A stretch of 55,615 nt of DNA from positions 1 to 55,615 of the forward strand of contig NZBN01000010.1 in assembly GCA_002687935.1 (NCBI GenBank), given 5' to 3'. The translations under genes were made by a program, and so were the position numbers. Source of the stretch: Methanobacteriota archaeon. GTDB taxonomy: Archaea; Undinarchaeota; Undinarchaeia; Undinarchaeales; Undinarchaeaceae. The first letter of the stretch is position 1. Each line of letters begins with the position of its first letter. The notes below the pieces were generated by a model that saw only the letters and a list, made by a program, of their open reading frames with translations, had not been told where the DNA came from and did no database searches. Positions 44,900-53,923 of this stretch are shown here, piece after piece.

Positions 44900-45015
44900 A
44901 GCGCCTAGGGTCAAATTCACTTCGTGAATAAACTCTCGTTGCAGGTTAAGTAATCTAAGCACATAGGGTCAGATTCACTTCGTGAATAACCCCTCGTCGC
45001 AGGTTAAGTAATTCA
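44900..45015. repeat. two 58-bp direct repeats adjoining the tRNA-Ser 3' end
   Basis: Units at 44900-44957 and 44958-45015. Each starts like the tRNA end (AGCGCCGAGGG vs AGCGCCTAGGG / AGCACATAGGG) and contains ATTCAC-TTC-GTGAAT. Confidence 0.85.
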
Positions 45016-45017
45016 AG

Positions 45018-45101
45018 CGCCGAGGGCAGGATTTGAACCTGCATATCCAAAAGGAAACTGGTTTTCAAGACCAGCGCAATACCAGATTATGCGACCTCGG
45101 C
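45018..45101 (-). tRNA. tRNA-Ser(TGA)
   Basis: Minus strand: GCCGAGG/CCTCGGC acceptor; CTGGT-CTTGAAA-ACCAG anticodon arm; long variable arm; G discriminator; 84 nt. Confidence 0.95.
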
Positions 45102-45113
45102 GAGCTTATGCGA

Positions 45114-45162
45114 GCCGAGGGTTATGCAGTATCCAATTGCATTGTCTGCATCTGACCTCGGC
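45114..45162 (-). other. tRNA-Ser acceptor-stem minihelix-like copy
   Basis: GCCGAGGTC...ATGCAG...CTGCAT...CCCTCGGC; both acceptor strands are identical to those of the adjacent tRNA-Ser. Confidence 0.65.
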
Positions 45163-45309
45163 ATTATTACCTATGTTCTCACTACCGAGTTTACATAGTA
45201 ACCATTTTTAGGGTCTATGTCTGACCACGGTAGAACTAAAAAGTACTGATTTTCTCTCCTATTAAACTTTTTGTGAAGCTATAAATGTCATAGTACTCTA
45301 TTCTTTATT

Positions 45310-45684
45310 ATGGGTATTTTAAGGCGCAGGCGTCCTCCGGAAGCCGTGGAAACGGTGACTGCAACTTTTGTGTTTACTCTGGGTAATGACTTGGCAAAAG
45401 TTTTTTTCAAACCAGATCACAAAGAATTTCTTATAACCTCAGGTTCTCAGAAGCAGTATATACGTCTTGAAACAGAATCTCGTAAAAGCCTGGAGCCTCA
45501 AACCGAATACCTCCTCCAGCTTCCAAAAGGGGAGGAATGTGAATTTTTAGAGCCTGGAAGTGATCCTAGACTTGTTGTTATTTTTGATGGTGAGCGTTTA
45601 GAGAGAAAAGGGCGTTCAATACATGCTAAGCTTGGAAAAATCAAAAAAGACACAAGATTCGAGTTCAAACTTCTCTACGAGTAG
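45310..45684 (+). CDS. hypothetical protein (beta-rich, 124 aa)
   Basis: ORF fills the gap between tRNA-Ser and SRP RNA; no recognised family. Confidence 0.6.
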   Translation: MGILRRRRPPEAVETVTATFVFTLGNDLAKVFFKPDHKEFLITSGSQKQYIRLETESRKSLEPQTEYLLQLPKGEECEFLEPGSDPRLVVIFDGERLERKGRSIHAKLGKIKKDTRFEFKLLYE

Positions 45685-45725
45685 AACTCTCAAGCTTTTT
45701 ATACTGGCTAATCAACTAATTTACT

Positions 45726-45998
45726 GGCACGGCTAGGCTGGGGAAGTAGTCCTACCTTGTAACCACAAATGGGCTTTATGGTGGAGCTGAGTGCCGGAGA
45801 AAGATTGGCGTTTTTGTAGCCGTCTTGGAATTTGGCGTCGAAGCCTCGTCCCTCGGGATTGGAGTTCCTGCCAAACGGGTCAGGTCCGGAAGGAAGCAGC
45901 CCTAACAGGTTCTGTTAATGCTCGCGGGGTCGCGGGGTGGAGTCCTTTTTCAAGGCTAGCGGCCGCAGGAGTGCCCGGCGATTTCCGGATGCCGTGCT
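45726..45998 (+). ncRNA. ffs: archaeal signal recognition particle (7S) RNA
   Basis: Helix 8 motif TCAGGTCCGGAAGGAAGCA; Alu TGTAAC; terminal pairing GGCACGGC/GCCGTGC; GC-rich; TTTTATA promoter upstream. Confidence 0.9.
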
Positions 45999-46000
45999 AC

Positions 46001-46915
46001 CTATTCTTTATTTGCGTTAGCCTTTAGTTCGCAGAACTTGCAAATTTTTCCTGATGTGTTTTGCCCGCATTTTTCACACTTTTTTAATGTATTTTTCTCT
46101 ATATTGATATCTGCCAGAATGCTTCTGAGATTTTCAGCACTGTTGTAAATTCCAAATTTAAATCCAGGATATTTATCCTCAATAAGATTTAGATGATCTC
46201 TGATATTCAGCCTGAAAGCATTTGCAACATTTGGGCATTCGTCTTCATGAATTTCATAACCTTTTAATATCGCGTAGAGTCCCACTTCCTTTTCAGGTAT
46301 ATTGCACAGGGGTTTTACTCTTGGTATGAACCCTTCTTTATTTGCAGTCTTTGGTCCGCTTCGTGCTATTCGTGGAAATTCACTCCTGGTGTAATTCATA
46401 AATATGCTCTGGGCTTCATCGTCAAGATTGTGCCCCGTCGCTATCTTGTCGGCTCCCATTTCTCTCGCACCGTCTTCAATCAATCTTCTTCTGAAAACAC
46501 CACAATATTCACAGGCTCTGCTTATGTCTGGTCTCTCCATTATTTTGTCAAGGGATTTTCCAACCCTGTCTTTATATGTAAGTATAGTGTAATCAACCCC
46601 AAGTTCCTTGTAAGTCTTTTCAGCGATTTCTATACTCTCAGGTCTGTAGCCCACAATTCCCTCGTCTATTGTTACCCCGACAATTTCGAGTCCCCTTTTG
46701 TTTGAGATATCGTGAAGTGCTCTGAGAGTTACTATAGAGTCCTTCCCCCCAGAAACAGCGACAGCCACGCGGTCACCTCTTTCAAAGAATTTGTTTTTGT
46801 TAATTGTTTTGCGTATTCTGTCCGTCGTCAGCCCAATAAAATGGTTCTTGCAAAGCCTTATATCTGAATACCTTAGGTGGGCAACCGCAGGGTTTTGGCA
46901 CTTGTCGCAGTTCAT
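46001..46915 (-). CDS. ncsA: tRNA 2-thiolation protein (NcsA/TtuA family)
   Basis: CDKC...C.NHF, AVSGGKDS, CEYCGVFRR, TGHNLDDEAQS, C-terminal CEKCG...CKFC. Confidence 0.9.
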   Translation of the reverse strand: MNCDKCQNPAVAHLRYSDIRLCKNHFIGLTTDRIRKTINKNKFFERGDRVAVAVSGGKDSIVTLRALHDISNKRGLEIVGVTIDEGIVGYRPESIEIAEKTYKELGVDYTILTYKDRVGKSLDKIMERPDISRACEYCGVFRRRLIEDGAREMGADKIATGHNLDDEAQSIFMNYTRSEFPRIARSGPKTANKEGFIPRVKPLCNIPEKEVGLYAILKGYEIHEDECPNVANAFRLNIRDHLNLIEDKYPGFKFGIYNSAENLRSILADINIEKNTLKKCEKCGQNTSGKICKFCELKANANKE

Positions 46916-47116
46916 TTATCCACCTGAAATAATTTTTATCAGTTCGAGCTCATCACCGTCTGACAGAGGCTCTTCACCTATTATAACTTCTTCAGCTCTC
47001 TTTATTATATAGGCCTCAGAACTTTCTCCTAGCTTCCTGAAAATCTCACTGGCGGTGGCTCCCTCTTCCAGTTCAATTGTTTTCTCTCCTTCTTTTCTAA
47101 GAATCTTTATTTTCAT
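46916..47116 (-). CDS. ubiquitin-like sulfur carrier (SAMP/ThiS/MoaD family)
   Basis: 66 aa, C-terminal ISGG; adjacent to ncsA. Confidence 0.9.
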   Translation of the reverse strand: MKIKILRKEGEKTIELEEGATASEIFRKLGESSEAYIIKRAEEVIIGEEPLSDGDELELIKIISGG

Positions 47117-47631
47117 TTTCTCACTATATCCTTCCCTCGTTCGGACGGTTTTACAGAAATATTTGCATCTGGAAATTCTGTTTCCAGAGCTTCCCCACCA
47201 GAATAGCGGTCAAGAAACACTGCAAGAGCAGCTATTTCTGAATGTGGTTGTCCTGTCACCGCAATGTTGTAGTCTGCGATATCATAAACTTCTCCTGGGA
47301 CTTTCTGACCCCCTAGTATTATAAGAACGTTTTTCCCGTTCATTTCTGAAATAGTATTCTGAACTAATTCTCCGTACATGGTAAGGTGAACCTTTATTCC
47401 GTCAAATTCCTTCGCAAACTTCTTCCAGTTCTTTATGTATTCTGTTTCGAAGTTCCCGCCCCATCTCTCACTTATGTCATTTATACTATTTTCAAGAGTG
47501 TCATCTTTCTGACCGCTGTAATGCAGTTTGGAAGCTCCAAGAGCGCGCGCTACCAGACCTATATGCGTTGATACACGGGCATCCCTGTGTGCTCGGTGTC
47601 CGAGCCTCAGAACTTCAGCTTCCATAAACAA
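47113..47631 (-). CDS. trm56: tRNA (cytidine-56-2'-O)-methyltransferase
   Basis: VLRLGHR..RD.RVSTH..LVARALGA, VHLTMYG, GGQKVP, NIAVTGQPHSEIAALAVFLDR. Confidence 0.95.
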   Translation of the reverse strand: MFMEAEVLRLGHRAHRDARVSTHIGLVARALGASKLHYSGQKDDTLENSINDISERWGGNFETEYIKNWKKFAKEFDGIKVHLTMYGELVQNTISEMNGKNVLIILGGQKVPGEVYDIADYNIAVTGQPHSEIAALAVFLDRYSGGEALETEFPDANISVKPSERGKDIVRK

Positions 47632-47663
47632 TATAAAAGCGTTGCAACACCTATTTAACGACT

Positions 47664-48128
47664 ATGGGTGATGAATTCGGACTTTTGATGGTTCCAAGGG
47701 AATCAGGTTCTATTTCCAGTTTTATGAAAGAGATTTCCAGCACAAATTTTGAGTCTCAGGTAGCCGGAACTCTCAAAAAAATGAAGATAAGTCCTGTTAA
47801 GATTTCACTCTCTGCCTATGACAAGGGCTCAGGTAAAAAGGGAACTGCTCTTGAAGGTTTTAAATTTATAAAATATGCGGTCAAGCTCCGTGGAAAGAGA
47901 AAGCGAATTTTCAGAACTGTTCCTTGGAAATCAGACTCTGAATTGACAATTCTTGTCGGAACTGGGGACAACAAAAGGGATGGCGTTATGCTATCCTGCA
48001 GACGCGGCAATATTTCTGATATGCGTCTAATCTTCGGAAGCATAGTTGACAGACTTGCTGAATTGATGGGCGGAGAAGGAGTTCTGCACTGGTCTCAGTC
48101 AACAAAGACAGGAAGCCTCGCGCAGTAG
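47664..48128 (+). CDS. hypothetical protein
   Basis: 154-aa ORF fills the gap; no recognised motif. Confidence 0.55.
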   Translation: MGDEFGLLMVPRESGSISSFMKEISSTNFESQVAGTLKKMKISPVKISLSAYDKGSGKKGTALEGFKFIKYAVKLRGKRKRIFRTVPWKSDSELTILVGTGDNKRDGVMLSCRRGNISDMRLIFGSIVDRLAELMGGEGVLHWSQSTKTGSLAQ

Positions 48129-48175
48129 ACAAGATATATTATTTAAGCAGATAGTTCATCATTATTGAGAGATAT

Positions 48176-48248
48176 AGCCCCGTGGTGTAGTGGTCAATCA
48201 TACGAGACTCTGAATCTCGTGACACTGGTTCGAATCCGGTCGGGGCTA
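48176..48248 (+). tRNA. tRNA-Gln(CTG)
   Basis: AGCCCCG/CGGGGCT acceptor; CGAGA-CTCTGAA-TCTCG anticodon arm; GTTCGAATC T-loop. Confidence 0.96.
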
Positions 48249-48285
48249 TCACAAGCCTTATATTAAGATATTTCATATTCCGTGT

Positions 48286-48888
48286 ATGGCAAACCACGAA
48301 CTTCCTAAACTCAATTATGCATATGATGCACTGGAACCCTTTATAGATGCACAGACTATGGAGATCCACCATTCCAAACATCATCAGGCTTATGTAAATA
48401 ATCTTAACAAAGCTCTTGACGACCAGGACGAGCTTACAAAACTGTCGCCGTCTGAACTTCTAAAAGATTTGTCAACCATTCCAGATGATATAAAACAAAA
48501 AATTATTAATCACAGTGGGGGTCACGTCAATCATTCGATGTTTTGGACACTGCTTGAAAAGGATGTAGAAATTCCGGAACCTTTTATGGAAGCTCTTAAG
48601 AATGATTTTGGAAGTTTCGATGCATTCAAAGAAGAGTTCACAAAGGCGGCCAGTACTGTATTCGGCTCAGGCTGGGCTTGGCTCGTTCTTGATTCAGGAA
48701 AGCTCAGTATTACAAGCAGTTCAAATCAGGACAGTCCTATAAGTCAGGGTCTAAAACCCGTTCTCACAATTGATGTCTGGGAGCACGCATATTATCTGAA
48801 GTACCAAAACAGGCGCGCGGATTATATTGACGCATTCTTCAATGTCATAAACTGGGAACAGGTTCACAATAATTTCAAATCTGACTAA
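48286..48888 (+). CDS. sod: Fe/Mn superoxide dismutase
   Basis: LPKLNYAYDALEP, HHSKHHQAYV, GGHVNHSMFW, FGSGWAW, DVWEHAYY. Confidence 0.97.
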   Translation: MANHELPKLNYAYDALEPFIDAQTMEIHHSKHHQAYVNNLNKALDDQDELTKLSPSELLKDLSTIPDDIKQKIINHSGGHVNHSMFWTLLEKDVEIPEPFMEALKNDFGSFDAFKEEFTKAASTVFGSGWAWLVLDSGKLSITSSSNQDSPISQGLKPVLTIDVWEHAYYLKYQNRRADYIDAFFNVINWEQVHNNFKSD

Positions 48889-48896
48889 GTTTCTAA

Positions 48897-49220
48897 ATTC
48901 CTTCAAGAGCATTTGTACCGACAGACCTTTTCCATACTTATATGGGTCCGACACTTCTCGGAATTGCTGTAACTTTCCTGGTCGCAACGGTTATAGAAGT
49001 CTGTTCTGAGGGAAGCTCCCCACTCGCATTTGAAATATACAATCAGACTGGAGCTTTCGGAAACTCCTTTGTCTTCCTTATGGCCGGCGTGGCAACAGAC
49101 TATACTGAAATAGGATTAATCTGGTCAAACATCGGAAAACGCGCTGCACTTTGGCTACCGGTAATAACTGTGCCACAAATTATGTTGCTTGGTTATTTCT
49201 TTAATTTGTTTCTGCTTTAA
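48897..49220 (+). pseudogene. 5'-truncated remnant of a DUF318/ArsP-type permease
   Basis: The frame continues upstream of M48942 (RAFVPTDLFHTYMGPTLLG) to an in-frame TAA at 48894-48896; EVCSEGSSPLAFEI and FLMAGVATDYTEIG match the C-terminal third of such permeases. Confidence 0.65.
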
Positions 49221-49230
49221 TATTAGTGCA

Positions 49231-50415
49231 TCATATCTCTAAAAGAATCGTCTTTGCTGTTTTCGAAACCTTCTTGATATTTTCTGAGGAAGTATAAACT
49301 CCCACGTTCCAGTACTTCCACTGCGCCTCATGAAGCGCTTTTACAAGCGGTGAGAATTTTTCAAGCTTCTTGAGCTTTCCTGAGTCTGATATTAAAGTTT
49401 TAACTTCCTTCTTATATTGAGGGTGAGGAACTTCCAGAAGTACAGTGTTTCTTTCCAGTCCACACTCTTCTGTAATTTCTGCTTCAAGCTTCTTGAGACT
49501 TCTTATGTCAGATTTTAAACTCATAACTTTCTCAAAATTTTCTCCCAATTCTTCTTTTGAAAGGTTCAATGCAGTTTTGTGCAGGTCTCTCCGTTCTATG
49601 CTGTCCAAAAGATTTTCCCCTTCCCCTCCATGGGACCGTATATTCTGGAATACTTCGGCGTCATCCATAGCAAATAACTCATCAATCGTAAATGCCTTTT
49701 CCTGAATGCACTCTATCAGCGCATTCGTAAACATCGCGTCTGCTATTCTGGAAGTTTTGTGGCTGTAAACTGCCGGATACATAAGATAACGTGCTATTAG
49801 CATAGATTCAACTGCCGAGAGGCCTCCACTTTCAATAATGAGTCCTTTCTTATTCATCATAAGTTTCAGGAGCAGATGGTCAAGGTCCACAATTCCGTAG
49901 GCTGCTCCGGTATAATATGAATCTCGCATAAGGTAATCCATCCTGTCCGCGTCTATATCACCTGATACAATGTCACTGTTCGGTCTTTTCCGTCCTGTTG
50001 CAATTTTTGCTATTTCATCAGGATTGTGGTCGGCTTCTTCTAAAGCGTCGGAAACTGCAGATTTTCGTATTATTTTGTTTGTATATATCTCATGTGTCGT
50101 TTTCTTAAAAAAATTAGATGCAATTTCTGAACTGTGCGAGTAAGGTCCATGTCCAACATCGTGCAGAAGCGCCGCAAGTTTTACTTTTTCTATTTCTTTC
50201 TTTTCCAATCCAACTGCTGTTGCTATTTTACCTGCGACATGGAAAGCCCCGAGTGAGTGTTCAAATCTGCTATGGGTTGCCGAGGGATAAACAAAATAGA
50301 CAAATCCAAGTTGCCGGACTCTCCGAAGCCTTTGCATCTCTGGTGCATCCAGAACTCTGAGCTCCTCTTCTGAAATTGTAAGATTCCCGTGTATGGGGTC
50401 ACGTATTATTTTCAT
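49231..50415 (-). CDS. HD-domain phosphohydrolase (SAMHD1/dGTPase-like)
   Basis: IRDPIHG, QRLRRVRQLG, HSRFEHSLG, LLHDVGHGPYSH, DADRMDYL.RDS. Confidence 0.93.
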   Translation of the reverse strand: MKIIRDPIHGNLTISEEELRVLDAPEMQRLRRVRQLGFVYFVYPSATHSRFEHSLGAFHVAGKIATAVGLEKKEIEKVKLAALLHDVGHGPYSHSSEIASNFFKKTTHEIYTNKIIRKSAVSDALEEADHNPDEIAKIATGRKRPNSDIVSGDIDADRMDYLMRDSYYTGAAYGIVDLDHLLLKLMMNKKGLIIESGGLSAVESMLIARYLMYPAVYSHKTSRIADAMFTNALIECIQEKAFTIDELFAMDDAEVFQNIRSHGGEGENLLDSIERRDLHKTALNLSKEELGENFEKVMSLKSDIRSLKKLEAEITEECGLERNTVLLEVPHPQYKKEVKTLISDSGKLKKLEKFSPLVKALHEAQWKYWNVGVYTSSENIKKVSKTAKTILLEI

Positions 50416-50488
50416 ATATTATCTTGGCTTGTCTATGTTATATATTCTCAGAAACCTTTAAATAAAAAGCCCACGAGTTAAAAACAAC

Positions 50489-51175
50489 ATGGCAGATAAG
50501 ATTTCAAAAGGAGATTTCATAAAGGTAGATTATACTGGCTCAGAGAAAGAGGGCGGCAGAGTTTTTGATACTACGGATGAGGCCCTTGCAAAGAAGGAAA
50601 ATATCTACAATGAAAATTCAAAATTTGGCACTATAACTCTTGTAGTCGGAGCTGGACATGTTCTTCCTGGTCTTGACAAGGAGCTCACAAGTCTAAGCGT
50701 CGGTGACAAGAAAAAAATCACAATAAGCAAAGAAGATGCATTCGGTTCGAAGGATTCTGACTTGATAAAACTGGTTCCTCGAAGTGTATTTAAAAGAAGT
50801 AGAATGAACCCTGTTCCTGGACTTCCTGTGGAAGTTGGAGGGCGGCAGGGAATAGTTAAAACTGTAAGTGGCGGAAGAATAAATGTTGATTTCAATCATC
50901 CTCTGGCAGGAAAAGAACTTGAGTATGAAATTGAAGTAAAAGGAAAAGTAACAGACCAGAAGGAACAGGTCCTGTCTTTCTTTTATCTTCATCTTCCGAA
51001 GCTGGATTTGAAGGATATTGACATAAAAATTAGCTCAGGAAATGCAGAAATTAGGACGCCAAATGACGAAAACACCAGAAGATATATAAGTATGGTTAAG
51101 CCTATAATATCAAGAGATGTATTGAACTACATCAGTGAGATAAAGAAAGTTACTTTCATTGATGTGTTTGAATAA
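50489..51175 (+). CDS. slyD: FKBP-type peptidyl-prolyl isomerase (archaeal SlyD-like)
   Basis: GDFIKVDYTG, FDTT, VGAGHVLPGLD, VDFNHPLAGKEL.Y. Confidence 0.92.
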   Translation: MADKISKGDFIKVDYTGSEKEGGRVFDTTDEALAKKENIYNENSKFGTITLVVGAGHVLPGLDKELTSLSVGDKKKITISKEDAFGSKDSDLIKLVPRSVFKRSRMNPVPGLPVEVGGRQGIVKTVSGGRINVDFNHPLAGKELEYEIEVKGKVTDQKEQVLSFFYLHLPKLDLKDIDIKISSGNAEIRTPNDENTRRYISMVKPIISRDVLNYISEIKKVTFIDVFE

Positions 51176-51194
51176 TCTATCGTGGGAGAAGTAA

Positions 51195-52295
51195 ATGGAT
51201 TCTACAACTGAAAACAAGGCCGAAGGCAACGGCAACGTATATACTCTATCTTCAGACTCAGGTCTTGAAGAAGTGGTTCAGGCAAAGAAGACTGCAATCA
51301 AAGTTCTTGGAGCTGGCGGAGCCGGAAATAACACAATAAACAGACTTATGGAGGTTGGCATTGACGGTGCAGAGTGCATAGCCGTCAACACAGATGCCCA
51401 GGACCTTCTGTACACAGAAGCTGACCAGAAAGTTCTTATCGGAAAGGACGTTACTGGCGGTCTCGGGGCTGGAAGCAACCCTGACCTTGGAATGGAAGCT
51501 GCCAAGGAAGATGAAAAAGAGCTTAAGGAGCTAATCAAGGGCTCAGATCTTGTATTTGTTACTTGCGGACTCGGTGGAGGAACAGGAACTGGTTCTTTGC
51601 CCGTCCTTTCAGAGTTTGCAAAGAAGGAAAAAGCTCTGACTATTGGAATTGTTACAATGCCCTTCAGTATTGAAGGAGCGGTTCGCTGGGAAAACGCTCA
51701 GGCAGGTCTCAAGCAACTCAGAGAACACACAGATACAGTAATTGTTATACCAAATGACAAGCTTTTGGAAATTGTCCCTGAGCTTCCACTTAATGCAGCT
51801 TTCAAGGTTGCTGATGAAGTTCTTGTAAACGCAGTTAAAGGTATCACTGAACTTGTCACTAAAGAAGGTTTGGTTAACCTGGACTTCGCTGACATAAGAA
51901 CTATTATGCGTGATGGCGGAACAGCAATGATTGGACTAGGGGAGTCTGATACTGATGACAGAGCCCGCGATGCAGTCGAGAAAGCACTGTCAAATCCACT
52001 ACTTGATGTAGATATAACTGGCGCAACTGGAGCATTGATAAATGTAATCGGTGATCCGGATATGTCTCTACAGGATGCAAGAATTGTTATGGAGACAGTT
52101 TCAGACAAACTTGACCCCAATGCAAAGATAATTTGGGGTTCCAGAATAGATCCTGACTTCCAAAACACTCTGCGGGCAATGCTGGTAATAACTGGTCTTA
52201 AGCCACAACAGCAGGTTCTTGGACCAGAAACTTCTGAAGAGAAGAAGGTATACAAATCCAAGATGGAAAAGGAATACGGCATTGAGTTCCTCTGA
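51195..52295 (+). CDS. ftsZ: cell division protein FtsZ (FtsZ1)
   Basis: [30 protein letters not shown]; ftsZ-secE-spt5 context. Confidence 0.98.
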   Translation: MDSTTENKAEGNGNVYTLSSDSGLEEVVQAKKTAIKVLGAGGAGNNTINRLMEVGIDGAECIAVNTDAQDLLYTEADQKVLIGKDVTGGLGAGSNPDLGMEAAKEDEKELKELIKGSDLVFVTCGLGGGTGTGSLPVLSEFAKKEKALTIGIVTMPFSIEGAVRWENAQAGLKQLREHTDTVIVIPNDKLLEIVPELPLNAAFKVADEVLVNAVKGITELVTKEGLVNLDFADIRTIMRDGGTAMIGLGESDTDDRARDAVEKALSNPLLDVDITGATGALINVIGDPDMSLQDARIVMETVSDKLDPNAKIIWGSRIDPDFQNTLRAMLVITGLKPQQQVLGPETSEEKKVYKSKMEKEYGIEFL

Positions 52296-52459
52296 TGGGA
52301 AAACTGAACGATAAATTTCAACAGTATGTCCGTATAATGAGAATTGCTAAGAAACCCGGTGGCCACGAATTCAAAACAATTTTGAAGGTCACAGGCTTGG
52401 GAATTTTTCTAATAGGATTTTTGGGCTTCATAATAAAGCTCATTGCTCGTCTCTTTTGA
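52295..52459 (+). CDS. secE: protein translocase subunit SecE/Sec61-gamma (not in the ORF track)
   Basis: [54 protein letters not shown]; TGATG overlap with ftsZ. Confidence 0.93.
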   Translation: MGKLNDKFQQYVRIMRIAKKPGGHEFKTILKVTGLGIFLIGFLGFIIKLIARLF

Positions 52460-52539
52460 AGGTTAAATATATATACGGGCTACCAGATAAGAGACAAGAC
52501 TTATTTTGTCTATCAACTTAATGGAGTCTTTACAGTAAA

Positions 52540-53064
52540 ATGGGAATCTACGCTATAAGAACTACAGCGAATAAGGAGAAAAACGTAGCCAGTAAGCTAG
52601 CTGACCGCGTTGAGAAAGAAGGCTACAATATAGCTTCTATAATAGTTTCCGGTCTGAAGAGTTATATCCTTGTTGAAGGAGATAGAGCAGATATTGACAA
52701 GGCATATCGTGGCGTCGCTCATGCCAGAGGTCTAGTTTCTGGAGAGTCAAGTCTTGATGAGATACAGCACTTCCTCAAGCCAAAACTGGCTGTTACAAAC
52801 CTTGTTGAAGGTTACATCGTTGAAGTTATCAGCGGTCCGTTCAAAGGAGAGAAGGCAAGAATAACAAGAATTGATACAACAAAGAATGAAATAACAATTG
52901 AGTTGCTCGAGGCAACTATTGCTATTCCAATAACAGTTCCTGCAGAATCTGTAAGGGTTCTTGAAAAGGTAGAGTCAGAAGGCTCGGCAGAAGCAGCATT
53001 AGAAGTAAAAGAAGAAAACAAAGAAGGAAGTTCCTCTGGAGGAGACTTCCCGGTACCAGGATAA
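52540..53064 (+). CDS. spt5: transcription elongation factor Spt5
   Basis: YAIRTTANKEKNVA, YILVEG, KOW motif VEVISGPFKGEKARI; acidic tail. Confidence 0.95.
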   Translation: MGIYAIRTTANKEKNVASKLADRVEKEGYNIASIIVSGLKSYILVEGDRADIDKAYRGVAHARGLVSGESSLDEIQHFLKPKLAVTNLVEGYIVEVISGPFKGEKARITRIDTTKNEITIELLEATIAIPITVPAESVRVLEKVESEGSAEAALEVKEENKEGSSSGGDFPVPG

Positions 53065-53065
53065 T

Positions 53066-53857
53066 ATGGCAGATCAGATAAAGACTTTGGTGACAGGCGG
53101 ACAGGCAAGTGCCGGCCCACCTCTGGGTCCAGCTCTTGGGCCACTTGGAGTTCCAGTTAATCAGGTTGTTGAAAAAATAAATGAGGCTACAAAGGATTTC
53201 GCCGGTATGCGAGTTCCTGTTGTTGTAAAGGTTGATCCAAAAACTCGAGCTTTCGAAATTGAAGTTGGCAGCCCTCCTGTTTCTGCTCTTATTAAAAAAG
53301 AAATGAATCTCGAGAAGGGCTCCAGTTCTCCAACTACTGAGAAAGTGGCAGATATGGTTATTGAGCAGGCAATTAAGATTGCAATAATGAAGGAAGACTC
53401 TCTTATGGCAGGTTCAAGAAAGGCTGGAGTAAAAACTGTTATAGGAACTTGCCAGGCGATGGGAATATTAGTCCAGGGAAAACCAGCTCCTGAAACTCTT
53501 AAGGATATTGATGAAGGAATGTATGATGAAAAGATTGAATCTGGGAAGACAGAGCTTTCCGAAGCAGAATTACAGAAGATTGAGGAAGATAAGATAAGAC
53601 TTGCAGAAGAAGCTGAACAAATGCGCGAAGAGAACGAAGCAAAAGCTAAGGAGCTAATTGGCGCACTCAAGGGTAAACCTGATGATGAAGTAAGGGACGC
53701 ACTCAAGGAAGCAGGAATTCCAAGCAACATCATACTAGGGCTCTTGCCAAAGGCAGAGGAACCAGCCGAAGGTGAAGAGGGCGCTGAGGGCGCAGAAGGC
53801 GACGAAGGCGCATCTAAGGAAGAAGGCGACGAAGAAAAGAAAGATGGAGATAAGTAA
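53066..53857 (+). CDS. rpl11: 50S ribosomal protein L11 with ~100-aa C-terminal extension
   Basis: GGQASAGPPLGPALGPLG, FAGMRVPV, GTCQAMGI. Confidence 0.96.
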   Translation: MADQIKTLVTGGQASAGPPLGPALGPLGVPVNQVVEKINEATKDFAGMRVPVVVKVDPKTRAFEIEVGSPPVSALIKKEMNLEKGSSSPTTEKVADMVIEQAIKIAIMKEDSLMAGSRKAGVKTVIGTCQAMGILVQGKPAPETLKDIDEGMYDEKIESGKTELSEAELQKIEEDKIRLAEEAEQMREENEAKAKELIGALKGKPDDEVRDALKEAGIPSNIILGLLPKAEEPAEGEEGAEGAEGDEGASKEEGDEEKKDGDK

Positions 53858-53923
53858 GCTTTAAATAAGGCGTCTCTCATAGTCTAAACTCATCCGACAT
53901 ACTACCATTGGGTAGGAGGGTAT

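Noticed and set aside
44900-45015. CRISPR array
   Set aside because: Only two contiguous 58-bp units with no unique spacers, and no cas genes in the window.
41885-45015. Intact mobile element (provirus or IS)
   Set aside because: No integrase, transposase or viral hallmark gene; at most an accessory island or scar.
45791-46027. 78-aa ORF
   Set aside because: It lies within the SRP RNA.
48139-48384. 81-aa minus-strand ORF
   Set aside because: Antisense to tRNA-Gln and sod.
51698-53880. Long antisense ORFs over ftsZ, spt5 and rpl11
   Set aside because: Ser/Leu-rich shadows of well-conserved genes with no independent features.
53858-53923. L1 autoregulatory mRNA site
   Set aside because: Only a 5-bp CTACC/GGTAG hairpin touches the SD; the L1-binding consensus could not be identified.
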